From the NCBI GenBank assembly GCA_976226885.1, contig OZ320319.1, positions 25,854,001 through 25,918,000 of the forward strand: a DNA stretch of 64,000 nt, in the 5' to 3' direction. This document shows, in pieces, positions 25,613 to 38,594 of the stretch. Position numbers and translations under genes: made by a program. The stretch comes from Iphione sp. A-MEVVRFRX5 (Eukaryota). Numbering within the stretch: the stretch's first letter is position 1; each line of letters starts with the position of its first letter. A model generated the notes under the pieces. That model searched no databases. It worked only from the letters and a program-made list of their open reading frames with translations, and was not told the DNA's origin.

Positions 25613-28236
25613 CTGCGGCTACTCCTTTGATGCCAGACACTCCGTGGGTCAGCGCAATTTGATTCAGTCATAGCTTATCACCCAACAAGGTCACCAATGT
25701 AATTATTTATTCGGCAGTCATTGGAATGTTTCCCGCGCACGATTGCTTCCAAGCTGTCAACTAAACAGTTACATGGACGACCTTCATGGGAGATATATAT
25801 TCCATTAAAGACACTTGGACATTTACGTGTGAGACAGGATCCGGACTAGACAGTTTATTCACAATTCTCTTTAGAAAATGTCAATTGCATAGTTTGGAAT
25901 CTCCTCTTTCTCTGGAATCTTCTTACGCTTTCTCTTTCAACCAACCGTACATTCCCCATTTTCGGTTGAATTGTGGGTATGCCGTAGCAGTCCAGTTAGA
26001 TACACAATATCATCCAAGGATTTCCCAGGCGAAATTTGCCGTATTCTCTTCATATAATAAACTGGCCTTATTCCAAACATGGTCATTTCCAAACAGTTTA
26101 CTGATAGAGAATTGGTTATTTCAAATTAGGATTAGCAAGGGGACTTGGATAGTTGGAAATAGCCTGGCATTAAATTGTATTTCGGGGTGAAGCAATGCGG
26201 GTTTTTACGTATATTTTTTAAAAAGCAAACACTACACCATCATCGCATGATCGAGATTTGTTTAAATTTCGCTGCTCTCCCTCAGTAACTAAATATTACT
26301 GTTTATTTTCCAGAAAAATATCGAGATGGCGATGATGATGGGCATGTGATAGTTCGGACGGACATGGCATCCGTGACTATCATGATCCGGACAAGACGTT
26401 GCCCTAGCCTGGCTCGCAAGCGGTTGCACGACCCGGCCTCACCCTTCATCCTGCGTAGTGGGGTATTCCTCAAGGCATTATTTCAGCGAGCGTAGAGAAG
26501 GAAACAAGAGGAAGGTTTACCGACCTCAGCTTCAATGAGGACAGAGGTGACTGCGGGGGCAGAGGGAAACCCATCTAACGAGCAGCTCGGCCTAGGTGGC
26601 CAGAATAGGGACGTCGTACATCCCACACGGTCCGTACTGAGCTGCTCCAACGTCCCTCTGAGATGAAGGATCAAAGTGTTGACAAACATAACACACTAGA
26701 CATGAGGCCGGCTAGCCAGCCAATTCATACCGCTACGTAGTTATCAGAAAACGTTTTAGCGTTTCGGTTCGACATAATTTTGTCCGCCCAGCTGATTTCT
26801 TTATTTTATTTCCTTATACCCTTTCATTCTTTCCTTAAAACTTACCTCATTCTCTTCTTTGGTTTAACCATGTAGATCATACATGGCGCTCCTTTTAAAT
26901 AATTACTCCATTAAAATCATTTACATGTACAGGTACTTATTTTCCTCTCCCATTCACCACTTCTTTTTGACACGTTCATACTCCTAGTTTCTATACTCAC
27001 ATACTTATTATCTTTCGCTATATTCCCACTCAGTTCCCCTCAAAATGGGCTCTATATGTTATGCTGTGTCTGGATCATCCTCTTTGATTGGACGGAATTG
27101 GTTGGCATTGATTGCTGCAGGCACAATCCCATCCGTCACCGCTCATACAGACAGATGAGGCAGAGATGAAGGAAATTTGCAGGCACTGACGAACCCGGCA
27201 ACTACCTGCTATAAGGACGAGATCTAACTGCTTACCTTTTGGTACGTGAGTCCAGGAACTGCAGTGAATACCCTGGGCGGAAGAGAACCTGTAAATTCAC
27301 ACGGGATACTACTGTGTCTCTTTCAAGGATGGATGGCTATGTCTTAGCTTCCTTACATATAAGAGTGACCTTCCTATGCTCGCTTTACCAAGAACCTAAT
27401 TTAGTTCAGATAGGAATCCTAAAAATCCTCTAGACTTTCTCTCGAATTTTGTCATTCCCCCTTCAGGTTTGCAGCAGCGGCTACTTGCCCACCCCCCTTC
27501 GCACCCCCCGCCTCCCTCCCACCAACCACACATACATACACTTCCCCGGGCTAATTGCATAGGACTGGACGTCAAACTGCCGTGCCCGCTAGTGAATTTC
27601 GGTTATTAGAGGCTGCTCCTCGCCGAAACAAATGGTGATGTCCTGTCATCTTCAATGTACGTGCTGGACGCTTACGATTTAATTTCGGGATCATCACACC
27701 AGGGGGCGCGCATGTCTGGACAGCCAACTTCGAAGGGAATCCCCCTCCCCCAATGTATTTCACCTACGAATGCTGAAAACAACCGCTTTTCCGTGTAGAC
27801 CGGCACTGTTGACTGTCACACAGCAGTGTTTGATAAGAAACAACCGACACGCTAGAGCCAGTACCCTTCCAGACTAAGCTATATCCACCTACGCCAGCAA
27901 AGCGTCATAGAGGAAGGGCTTCAATCTGGATGGAAACACCTGAACTCTGAACTCGGACAATGAAAAAGTGGGGGTTTATGAAAGATGTGACGGTAATCAT
28001 ACACGAATCACGGCCTCGTACTGCTGATATTCATGTACGCTGATTCCTGCTACCTATCTGACTTTGGTAACTCGAAGTTGAGGTAAAAGATGATGGAGCT
28101 GGTCAGGTCACTAAGTCGTTGGTAACCTAGGCCACCAGGTGGGGCATGAACAGACACCGAGAGGACATTTCCCATAATTGGTGACATCATCAGTTCTAGT
28201 GGAGATCGGCGCTGCGCATGGATTGTCTACGTCACG

Positions 28237-28389
28237 ATGGCGTTTAGGGACGTTCTACAGCAGTTCTCTGACCACACGACCATGCATGGCGTGCCTAAGG
28301 TGATCAACTCCAAGTCAACTGTGGCGCGCATCTTCTGGTCCGTCGTCTGCCTGGCGGCCGGCGCAATGTTTGCGCTACAGATGTCCGAG
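28237..28389 (+). CDS. FaNaC: DEG/ENaC peptide-gated Na+ channel, FaNaC type, coding exon 1 (N-terminus, HG motif, TM1; 51 codons)
   Basis: Encodes MAFRDVLQQFSDHTTMHGVPKVINSKSTVARIFWSVVCLAAGAMFALQMSE, with the conserved TTxHG gating motif and hydrophobic TM1. The phase-0 donor GAG|GTAGGG at 28390 joins in frame to exon 2. Confidence 0.93.
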
Positions 28390-28439
28390 GTAGGGACTCC
28401 ATTTCCTGTCTCTCAAATGAATGACTAGCTGTCCTCCTG

Positions 28440-28485
28440 CCTGTCTTGTCTGTCCGTCCGTCTGTCTGTCCGTCTGTCTGTCTGT
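28440..28485. repeat. (GTCT/GTCC)n tract, possibly the core of a Helentron-associated (HINE-like) element in the FaNaC intron
   Basis: CTGTCCGTCCGTCTGTCTGTCCGTCTGTCTGTCTGT is seen directly. The element assignment is inference only. Confidence 0.5.
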
Positions 28486-28839
28486 GGAATTCTACAAACT
28501 TTCTCGCCTGACTGCCTATCTACCAAAACTCATGGTAAGATTAAGAATACATTGTACTTGAAAACTATATGTATTACACTTACAACTGTGGAGATGATAA
28601 ATGTACACAGTTTCTGGCAGCCAAAGTACAGTTTTACCAATGCCTCTCTGTAACACATATGCATAAACATGTATGACTTCAGTGACTAACGTATCCTATA
28701 ACATCGGACGTCTCACTAATTTTAATTTAAATTTGTTTATCTATCTTTCGATTTTTTTTTAACCATCAGCATTCTTCCATGGTCCCTTGGGCTTTCTATT
28801 CGTATGGTATAGTTACTTTATGCCTCCCTAGTATTGCGT

Positions 28840-28842
<3 letters not shown>

Positions 28843-28903
<61 letters not shown>
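28843..28903. repeat. (CT)30 microsatellite
   Basis: Uninterrupted CT run. Confidence 0.97.
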
Positions 28904-28905
<2 letters not shown>

Positions 28906-29639
28906 CTCCCTTTCCCTTCTCGGATCTGTCTGTCTGTTTGTCTCTCTGGAACTGCTGAAGTTGTTTGTCTCACATTCGATCTGTTTCTTCGTTGTCTCAA
29001 AGATCGTGTCTGATTCGTCGTTCGCATTTATTGCATCTCCTGTGGAGTTTCCGACGCGTTTCTGGAGTTATTTACATTGCTCTACTTGCTGTGGGTGACC
29101 TAATGGGTACCCAGGATCCGTGTCGGCCGACAGGACATTTTTGACCAGTTCGCAAACAAAGAGCGTCGGATTGAAAGTAATAAGAAACCCCGGGCCCTTG
29201 CCCTGAGGGTCCGGGGATCACCCACTGATTCAGCAAAGCGACATTACACTGTATGTACTAGCGGGAAATTATGTGTATACATGTGTACACGGGACGTAGA
29301 AATAAATGCCTTTAACAGACTCATAGGGAAATGACGTCATGTAATCACCAAAGATTACATACACTACAGGGCCTAGGATATGGTACTTGCAGATTTCCAG
29401 AGCACAACATCTCGTTTTTGCTATATCTGTTGACGGAAACTGAGGATGACGAAAGGCCAAATGCTGCATCTAAGTAGAAATAAGCGCACGTAAAGCTCAT
29501 AAAGTAGCATTTTGTGAAAACATATGATTTGGTATGTTTCCGAAAGTTGTACCTGATTTTAAAGTGATCTCAATGGAACATAAAATATTACCGGTAAAAT
29601 ATGACAGCACATGAAACAGAATGCAGCGGAAATTATGCC

Positions 29640-31145
29640 AGTTTGATTTGATTTGACTTTATTCCAACGGATCTCCGAAATTACATCAGAGCTTCTCATG
29701 GCAGAAGTGCAGTAAACAGAAACAAAATAGTGCAGGTAGAGGAGAATGTATGTCCAACAAAGGACTAGAACAGACATCATCATCATATGTGGAAGATTAT
29801 AGATTCTTCAAGATACTTCGCATATAGAGGCCTAACAATATCAGCCAAACTGATTACTTACATCAATATTTTCCATATGTATGCATCAAAAGTTTGTAGT
29901 GCTTACTCAAGCACCTATTAGAGGGCAATGTAGCTACTCATACTCGTGGCCTTTCAATCTACATTGATCGAGTCAGCCTGGAGTTACATAATTCAATATA
30001 GATTTGTCACTTTATATAGGTAAAATTTAACTAGGGCTTGCCCACTTACACTTGTGTACACCCTATATGTTCGTTAGAGGTGAGAACTACCACATACTGC
30101 AGTGACTCTCTAGTCAGGTCATTTCGTAGCTTAACAGGTAGTCTTGGTTACATAACATAGTTCTTCTGGTTTTAATTTGTACGTTTTGTTTTCAAATGAT
30201 CATTACAGACAGAATTTAAAATACCATAGTACTATTGCGATACCTTTCGACCACAATAAGGTTTCAAGCTATAGAGCTACAATCAGGATATGCAGTCGGG
30301 AGAATATTCCCATCTGCCCCGCTGCAACCTTCCCTAGTTACAATTCTAGTTTAGAGGAAGCAGCCCAGACATGCAAGCTTTAGGGAGTTTCCTACTGGCT
30401 TTAACCCTTTCTGACAACGCATTCCATTTACATACTGCAAGATAGCGTAGAGACCTCGCATACCTTGTACTCCTTGGGCGGTCAACCAACCCTCTCCATT
30501 GGGCACCCTGTCTGGTCACAGTTCTCTGGTCTGTCTGTATCAGACCTAAGTGCATCTGATTGTGAATGGCTCGAATTCCATGCATATAGACCAGGTCTCT
30601 CACCCTAGGAATTCCAAACCTACGGTGCAGGTTGTTTGCGGATAGAAAGTCTTTTTCTTGTAGAGACACACACGCACATCTGTTGATGTGCACCTGGAGA
30701 TTTATAAGATCTGCATTGGAAAGCAAGAACCATACTGCTGCAAAATAATAGTAGTGCACCAGTACCAAGGCTTTGAAGAGACAGAGCCTCACACTAAAGG
30801 GCAAAAAACTCTTTGTCCTACCAATCTGAACAGCACTGCCCCAGGTTTTTGCCTTGGCGTGCCTGCATGAGTCTTTCATGTTGAGTCTACCGTCAACTTT
30901 GTGGCCTAGCAAGATTACTGTTGACTCCAAGGCTAACTTGATTCCATTAAGATGTACATCAAGTGGAATACCAGCCGCTTTCCCCAACGGGAAATAGGCA
31001 CATTTAGACTCACTCAACAGTAGACCTTCTGTTTTACACCAGGCAGAGACAGCCTAAAGTGCTTGGTTGACCACACCTCTCAATCTGAGCAGGTCTTTTG
31101 CTGAAGCTAGTACAGATAAGTCATCAGTGTAGAGTACCCCCTGGC
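29640..31145 (-). mobile_element. 5'-truncated CR1/L2-like LINE, antisense inside the FaNaC intron
   Basis: Minus frame reads LYTDDLSVL (RT catalytic motif, 31120-31131), then one stop (31054-31056), then ORF 30346-31017 with CR1-type C-terminal motifs (LFKALVLVHYYY..VW, R..RSLRYLAVCKWNAL). A ~700-bp 3' UTR ends with AATAAA and a (TCAAA)3 tail at about 29640-29666. Confidence 0.85.
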
Positions 31146-32431
31146 AAGATGCAGTTATAACCAATATTTTTTGGTAAATAAGCACGTCATGAATTTCCTA
31201 ACAAACACAGGTAATGACAGTTATAGAAACTTTGTAATTCAGTCCCAGTGGTGTTCACATGATAATGCTTGAACTTAACATGCAGATGTAATTTATCACA
31301 ACAGAAGAAAGCTTGAATCTCATTTTTTAGGAAAATTAACACTTGCGTGACTATAGACCCATTTCCTTGACTCCAGAGAATAATGGTATAGGAAATTTCA
31401 ATGCTGGTTCTATGCAAATTGTAATGAGTGCAATTCATTCAGAGTTAATCCCTCAAGAAATGTTACCAATCTTCTGACCATGCCAACCATGCGGGCATGA
31501 TTTGTCTGACAGCTAGCAAAACGATAATACGTGTATTAGTTGAAGCATAATGATATTTCCAAATTAGCCAATTTTTATGATAGGAAGCCTTGTTTAATGG
31601 AGTATTTTAAGGACAATTTAATGAATGAAATGATATATCCGGCTCTTGCTGCTAGATTGGCATCATTCTCAACATAAATGTGGTGTAAAGAAATCATTCT
31701 CAAATGTGATATATTTGGAAATATCCATTTGCTTCCGTATTTTAATTTTCACCTTTGTAACGATACAGCAGTGCCAAGATTTATTTGTTATGATATGTAG
31801 AAGGCAATGGAATGCAAATGAAAATCTAAGGAGACCCTCAAGCAAAACAACACCTTTCTGTAAAAATGTTCTCTCCTTCTAAAACGAGCCCCTTGGACTG
31901 ATTATTTTCAATTAAGAAAACAGTACATCTGCTTGTCTTGTCACGTGCAGAGTGAAAGCTTGGAATCAGGATGGTCACAGTTTCGTAAGAGTTTGTTCGG
32001 ATTTCAGATGTTTTCTGATCTCCAGTATGATAATCGTTAATAAAGGCTGACTGCTTCTATCAGAATGCATGATGAAATATGAGATATTTTCCTGATTTCG
32101 AGTGTGTGGATTTCAGGTCTTGATTGAATATAACACTCGTGATACTTCAAACTGATACATCGTGTGTAACGGATGACAAAAGTTAAAAGTAATTCTTTTT
32201 ACACAATAGACAAGTGTTGATTTTGTTTTAATCAAAGTATAACCTTACGTGTTTCGTGCTTCCTATTATGTATGGAGGAATGTCTCTAGGACATAAGAAG
32301 CCGTATACATGTCCCGACAGGTAATAACGTGTTCGACCATAAAGTGAGCGCCTAGACGTATTGGTGTGACTTTGGCTGGGGGGGGGAACAAAAACTTCCC
32401 TCTGTTTTAGTCCCAGTGCAAATTCTGTGGA

Positions 32432-32770
32432 TAAGGCCAAAAAAATAGGTGTGTTTCTGGTAACCCCCCCCCTATCTAGTAAAACTTTTTTTGGCCCAAA
32501 AAAGAGTTTCCAAGGTTGAATTTCCTTAGATATGTGTTTTTGCAGCAGGTATTTTTGGTAAATTTAGTAGAAAAACAACAAAATCCATGGAAATTCCCTC
32601 CAACACTGAAAAGCTCATAAAGATTACCAAAATTATTGATATTGTCTTTATTATCATTGAAAACCAGAGGAAGATTCTGAAAAAAAATCTAAAAAAACAA
32701 AAAAGCTGCCCCCCTCCCTACTTAGGTTTTGGCTGGTCGTTACCAAAAACACACCTATTTTTTTGGCATA
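32432..32770. mobile_element. MITE family A, copy 2 (FaNaC intron)
   Basis: 29-bp TIR GCCAAAAAAATAGGTGTGTTTCTGGTAAC (from 32436) versus GTTACCAAAAACACACCTATTTTTTTGGC (32739-32767), one mismatch. Confidence 0.85.
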
Positions 32771-33899
32771 ACGTGGCCGAAGTACACATAAAATGTATAG
32801 TTTTGTATCTCTCACAACCTTAACAAAATATTCATACGAAGAATGATACGTGTAGCAGGGATTATAGGTATAAGGGTTTGTTGCAGAACTCATACATTCA
32901 AAAAGGCCGACCTAAACATCTACGGACGTACAACTCTTGACGAAGCCTCTGGTAATGGAGCTCCTTTATGGCGAGGCTATCTTTTTCTACAGACTTTGCT
33001 GACTTTGAGACGACATTCTACTGGATAATTTTAAAAAATAAATTAACATGACGATACTTAAGTTCGAGAAAATGTGATTTACCGGTGAATAAGGAGTAAA
33101 ATACCCCGCAGATTCGTGCAATTGTGTTAGGCCCCATGTTTAACAACGAATTAAATTCAAGGAACACATCTACTTCATTCAGAGCAATATGCTTGCTTAT
33201 TACCTGATATTACCTGACGTTTTCAATCATTTAATAGATTACTGCTTTAGTGAGAAACCAAATGCACTTTACACACTTAATGTTCTTGTCGAGTTTAATT
33301 TGGATTTGAAACCATTAGTCTCAAAATAACTGTCATTACAAGTACATGTACATCACTGTTTTAAGCAAAAAAGACAAGTGTTGTCACGTTCTCGAATACA
33401 TGTATTATCTTTCGGCTGGACAGCAATATTGACAGGTATGCATGTCACGTCGCGCAAAACTACTCAGTCAAAAGTCATTTCCATATAGCTTTCTGTACGT
33501 CCCGTACGGAGTTTCAGGCTCTCATGTACTATATTTCGCCTCAAGAAATGGAAAGTTATCAGACCAAATGAGACAATAACCGCTTTAAATTGTTTGCTTC
33601 TCTCTTTCTCTGGCCGACGTATAGTTATCTGTCCTAGCCTTACCCAACGGATGTTTAGACAATGTTTAGCTTTTCGACCTCTTTATGATGGCCGGTAAAT
33701 CAACATCAGTAAATACCAATCTGCAATTGGGAAATTTAAAATAGAAACGCGCCCGCCATTTGTAGACACGAGGCCCGCTAAAATACACGTGGCTTTTTCA
33801 AAGCTCGGATGATGGGGCCTAAAACTGTACCTTAAATAGGTTAATCCAGCTTTGGGGCTATTGAATAACCACATCCACGCACTCAATAAGTATTTCTCA

Positions 33900-34206
33900 T
33901 AAGGTGTGATAAAAAATTATCTGTGTTTCCGGCAATCCGACCGACTCTATTTTGTTGCACATTGGGACCTTGTATTTCATCCTTGTTTTGTGAATATCTT
34001 CTGAACAAATAATAATAGAGACTTGTACATTACATCATTGTCTTCCTTAGGGTTGTGGCTTCAAAACGTAAGCGGTAGAAGTGATATTACCATATATTTG
34101 GTGATTTGAGTATTGATTTACATTGAAAAAAGTAAAAGTAAAAAGCACCAACTACCGACCGACCTTATCACTTTGCATCACGCTACTGGAAACATTTTTA
34201 CGCCTA
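33900..34206. mobile_element. MITE family A, copy 3, ending 54 bp upstream of the FaNaC exon 2 acceptor
   Basis: Starts TAAGG..AAAAAA..TGTGTTTCCGGCAATCCGACCGAC and ends ..GCTACTGGAAACATTTTTACGCCTA. Internal motif is shared with the 19.9-kb copy. Confidence 0.65.
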
Positions 34207-34260
34207 TTTATGCATTTGAAGTGTGGGCTTTAATACTGTACTTCCCTCTTCTTTTATCAG

Positions 34261-35805
34261 GTGCTGAACCGCTACTTCTCTTACCCCAAGAAGGTGACCG
34301 TCGAAGTCGTCCCGACCCCAGTGCCTTTCCCCTCCATCTCCATTTGCAATATGAGAAACCTCGACGTGCACGTTCTGAACACACTGAACAAGATGTTCAT
34401 CGCAGACGATGAGCCGTACAACCACATCAACAAGTCCGACCACCCGTTCATTAACGAGTACATGAAGACGGTGGCCAAATATGCCCCGCTCTGGTGGACC
34501 TACCAGGAGCAGTTCCCCGAAGTCTTTCAGGAGATCTTCTCCAGGACTACGTTCTCTGCCAACATCCCGCATGACATTATCAGCCTGGCGGCCGTGCAGC
34601 TCGAGGGCTTTGTCGTGAACTGCCACTACGCCGGCCATAGGTGCCACAAGGAGCGCAACTTTGTGCGCTTCTTTGATCCTTATTACTTCAACTGCTTTAC
34701 GTATAAAGCCCCGGATTATACAGAGATGGACGACTCCTTATCGGAGGGCATCGAGAATGGCTGGTCGGCCATTCTGCTGTCTGGCTCGGGTATGCTGGAC
34801 AAGAACAGTGACATTCGCATGCTGCCTGGCTTACACGAGTGGCGCAGTGCAGTGTCGGCCTCGGAGGGGGTGAGGGTGGTGATTCATCCGCCCAACACGG
34901 AGCCCTACCCATTCACCGAGGGCTACGACGTTCCCCCGGGCTTCTCCGCTTCCTTCGGCATCAAGCCCCGCAGGAACATCCGCATCGGCCCGCCGCACGG
35001 TAACTGCTCCGATCGCAACCCCTTCGACGTGGAGATCAAGCGCTACCGGCTCATGTCGTGCCAGAAGATGTGCCTGCAGGACTACATCATTCGCAACTGC
35101 AACTGCTCGGACGTGGGCCTGCCCGGCCTGCCCAACGCCTCTGTCCCGCTGTGCCGGAACGATGATGCCTTTCCGGACATGTGCATGTTCAGTGCCACGC
35201 AGCAGTGCTTCGACATCCTGCAGATGCTGCACCGCCGGATACAGTGCGTGCGGAGCTCCAAAGCCAAGATGACCAAGAACACCACAGCCATGGAGGAATG
35301 CCAGTGCTACCCGCCCTGCGACGAGGTGGCCTACGACGTCTCCTACAGCCTTTCCAAGTGGCCGGCGTCCGGGTACGAGGGCGACGCCGCCTACTTCGAC
35401 GTCTTCGGCATCGAGGGCTTCAACGACCGCTTCAACAAGTCGGAAACGCGCGGCAAGTTCCAGCTTTTCCAGAAATACTTCGACACCGACCAGCGCGAGC
35501 ACACCATGAAGAACTTCGCGCGCTTGAACGTCTACATCGCCGACAGCAACGTCGTGAAGACCCAAGAGGCGGCCGACTATACGCGGACGCAGCTCGTCTC
35601 CGACATTGGCGGCCAGATGGGCCTCTGGGTGGGTATCTCGATCATCACGTTGACGGAGGTGCTTGAGTTAGTGTGGGAAATCATCAGGTACGCCACCTCC
35701 GGGTACGCCAGCGTACCTCGTCAGGAACGCTACCCGAACAACAACGTCACTTCGCAGGCCAACCACCTCGACCGCCTCGACAGGGTAGACACGGCAAAGC
35801 TATGA
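34261..35805 (+). CDS. FaNaC: DEG/ENaC peptide-gated Na+ channel, FaNaC type, coding exon 2 (ectodomain, TM2, C-tail; 514 codons); spliced protein 565 aa
   Basis: Acceptor is TTCCCTCTTCTTTTATCAG|GTG. Motifs: FPSISICN, YFNCFTY, EGVRVVIH, Cys-rich thumb, C.PPCDEV.Y, and TM2 SDIGGQMGLWVGIS with the GxS filter. It closely resembles annelid FaNaC1 sequences as recalled (YFSYPKKVTVEVVPTPVPFPSISICNMRNLDVH); BLAST is needed to confirm orthology. Confidence 0.95.
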   Translation: MLNRYFSYPKKVTVEVVPTPVPFPSISICNMRNLDVHVLNTLNKMFIADDEPYNHINKSDHPFINEYMKTVAKYAPLWWTYQEQFPEVFQEIFSRTTFSANIPHDIISLAAVQLEGFVVNCHYAGHRCHKERNFVRFFDPYYFNCFTYKAPDYTEMDDSLSEGIENGWSAILLSGSGMLDKNSDIRMLPGLHEWRSAVSASEGVRVVIHPPNTEPYPFTEGYDVPPGFSASFGIKPRRNIRIGPPHGNCSDRNPFDVEIKRYRLMSCQKMCLQDYIIRNCNCSDVGLPGLPNASVPLCRNDDAFPDMCMFSATQQCFDILQMLHRRIQCVRSSKAKMTKNTTAMEECQCYPPCDEVAYDVSYSLSKWPASGYEGDAAYFDVFGIEGFNDRFNKSETRGKFQLFQKYFDTDQREHTMKNFARLNVYIADSNVVKTQEAADYTRTQLVSDIGGQMGLWVGISIITLTEVLELVWEIIRYATSGYASVPRQERYPNNNVTSQANHLDRLDRVDTAKL

Positions 35806-38594
35806 CGTCATCGGGACGCTCGTCTTTATGGCATCCCTGAGCAAGGCGCGCCCCTGGTGGTCGATGGTGCCACGGAATTAAGAGACTGGTCTTCACTGAA
35901 TCGAAGGTGATCGATGCACCAACGGTACCCGCGGTGAAAAAAGGGGAGAACAAGAAGAATTATATAGATCTCCTGTAAATCAAAATAGGCGACGGCAGCT
36001 TGAAAAGCGTGTAATTTCAAGAATTTCATACAAGAAAAAATCTCGAAATCATTTTACAAATATTCAAAGCATCTGCTGACACAGACTGTAAAGAAAGTGG
36101 GGCCGAGACTTCAAAAACGTAGCAGCCTCTACGTGGATTCGCCACAAGGTGATTTTTTTTACTGGAGAATTTATTTCCCAGTAATGTTCCCCAAAATACT
36201 CGTCTCCGATACACGTGTATGGCAGAGTTCCATGAAGCTCCTTTCAGGCAAAGGGGACAAACGTTCGTATCCAATATACTATTTATAGCAATATATGTAG
36301 AGTTGCCAATATACTTATTATTAATATTATAGGGATGACTATGATGAAGTATACTGCAATTATTAAATACATGTAATGGAACTGGTTCGTTACTTGCCAT
36401 GCTTAACAGGGCCGCTGCATGGCTGGTGTTTCTGTAAGGCGATTTACATAGCTCCGTACATTAGGCAGAACAGGAACAAAATAGTGATGTTACTCTATGA
36501 GTATACAGACCGACCTGACTGAAGAAAACATCACTTATACTCACTAACAGTAGTATCTGTGTGTCGCTTCATCGCTGGCTGTCACCTATACACCATCAGC
36601 ATGCAGACAATGGACTTCGAACAGTTGCATTCCGCACTGAAAGCTTAATGATCTAAGCAGATGCGAAAGGAATAAAGATAACCTTCCTCGTTAAATATGG
36701 AAATACTCTGGACTTCTTTTAAAAGGCAATGGAAACGTTTAAGTACAACAGTCACAGCTTAGAGGACTGCGCGAGTGACGAGATCCGTATGAGGAACGAT
36801 ATTTAAACTGTTCACTATGTGCGTCGCATTTTCTCCCGATAAGTTATACATGTATGCGCTGATCACCATGCTGTTTGGAGCTCTTGTTTTATAACCCCTC
36901 GGCTCCTGGCGCGGCATGATAATTCACGTTGGAAGTGTAAGGAAGAAAGCTTGTCAGTGCATTTCAGTAAACCTTACTTTATGTACTAGTAATGACTATA
37001 TCTGTAGTAGTGCGTCAGACACCAGACAAGATCTATGGGTGACGGGTGAGTGGGTGCAGGTTCCCCTGGTCTCTTTCGAAAGGCTATATTAAGGTATATA
37101 CATGTACCCACATATAAGAATCAAGAAATATATATCCTAGATTTAATGGCATCAATGTAAATGTACATCGATCACATGTCGTGCTGAATTGTTCTAAGGC
37201 GAACACAAATACAACATCATGTATAGTGATTTCTCCCCATTCTGTGGAAACGTTTAAGTGTGCCAACGATTCGGAGAAAGGAATCTATAACACAGGTAGC
37301 TAATTTAACAACAACAAACAAAATTGGAAAATTGTCGTGACCGGAACTTAAGTCTGGAATCACCTGTATTGTCATTTGGAATCGACCTCCATATTCATAT
37401 GAAAAATAATTATATTTTGGACAAATCCAGCCTGAACAGTAATATGTGTATTGTGAAGAAGGTGCGTGCGTATATTGGAATTCGTTAGAATGGTTGTGAT
37501 CCTGAGGAAATAAATTTTTGCCGATGAATAAACATTCAAAATGTCAACACCTCAGTAGCTGTCCTATTAAAACCTTATTCTTTTGACGTGTTTATATGGA
37601 ACTTCCTTGTCAAAATCAATTCTACTGTGTTTTTGCATCTATTGCTCTGTTCGGTGCGAACTGAGTGAGATCAGACGCTTGCTACGTGTGGGTATAATGT
37701 GCATATTCTCTATGGCGTTGACATATTTGAATGATGTCGTCTACATATTTGTAAAATCCTTCTATGAGCATAATGTAATGTGGGATGCATTTCGGGGATT
37801 AAAGAGGGTGAGGCCTGTAGGATCGGGTGCACAAGTTTGTCTGTTTGTGAATGTGTATATTCTCTTCTGTATGTTTCAATTCGCGGTTACTTTACATAAT
37901 GTTTGTTTAAATTCGGCCTGAATGTACAGTGAACGTGTAATCCATATGTATGAATACAAAAAAAGAATCGGTTTCTAATACATGAACATATGCAGTTTTC
38001 GATCTATACGTATCTATGGATACCAGCTTACAGTCATAGGTAACTATTTTCATCAACTGCATAGGGACACTCATGGCTGACAAAATGAACTTATCCAACC
38101 TATACTTCCTCGTGCATACATACAAACATGTATATAGACAATACTACCACAGGGTGCAAAGGTAAGGTATTGTATGGTGTTGATATACGCTAGCCTTAAA
38201 ACATTTCTCAACCAATTGCCAGCTCCATAGAAGTCATCAGAAGACGTGGTCCGTTAGGAGAGGAGATTAACTATTGCTCCTTCTAGAACAGTGGATAATC
38301 ACTGATTTCTTTCTTCAACAATTACGGCGTAATGAACTCTAAGTTCTGTATGTATTCTAAGTAATGAGTTTATGACTATTTATTTGAAAGTGCCTCAGAA
38401 CTTCAGCACCAATGGATGAATTCGAGGTAATAATGGTTAAAGCAGTAATACATTGATATTAAAAGTACATCTGTAAGATGAAACCTCAAAATCAATGTCA
38501 CTGTAAATGAAAGTGATATAAACAACAGATCATAAGCAACTTTAGAAAGATGATGATGGTGATGCTGATGATGATGATGATGTGATGATCATGA

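Noticed and set aside
28160-28200. Minus-strand CTGATGA...GAAA hammerhead-like spacing; similar hits near 6172, 38230, 40416, 42306 and 42940-42970
   Set aside because: Stem II and stems I/III do not pair properly or GAAA is missing.
34204-35666. Long antisense and alternate-frame ORFs over the channel exon (147, 244 and 161 aa)
   Set aside because: Expected shadow ORFs from strong C/G third-position bias; no motifs.
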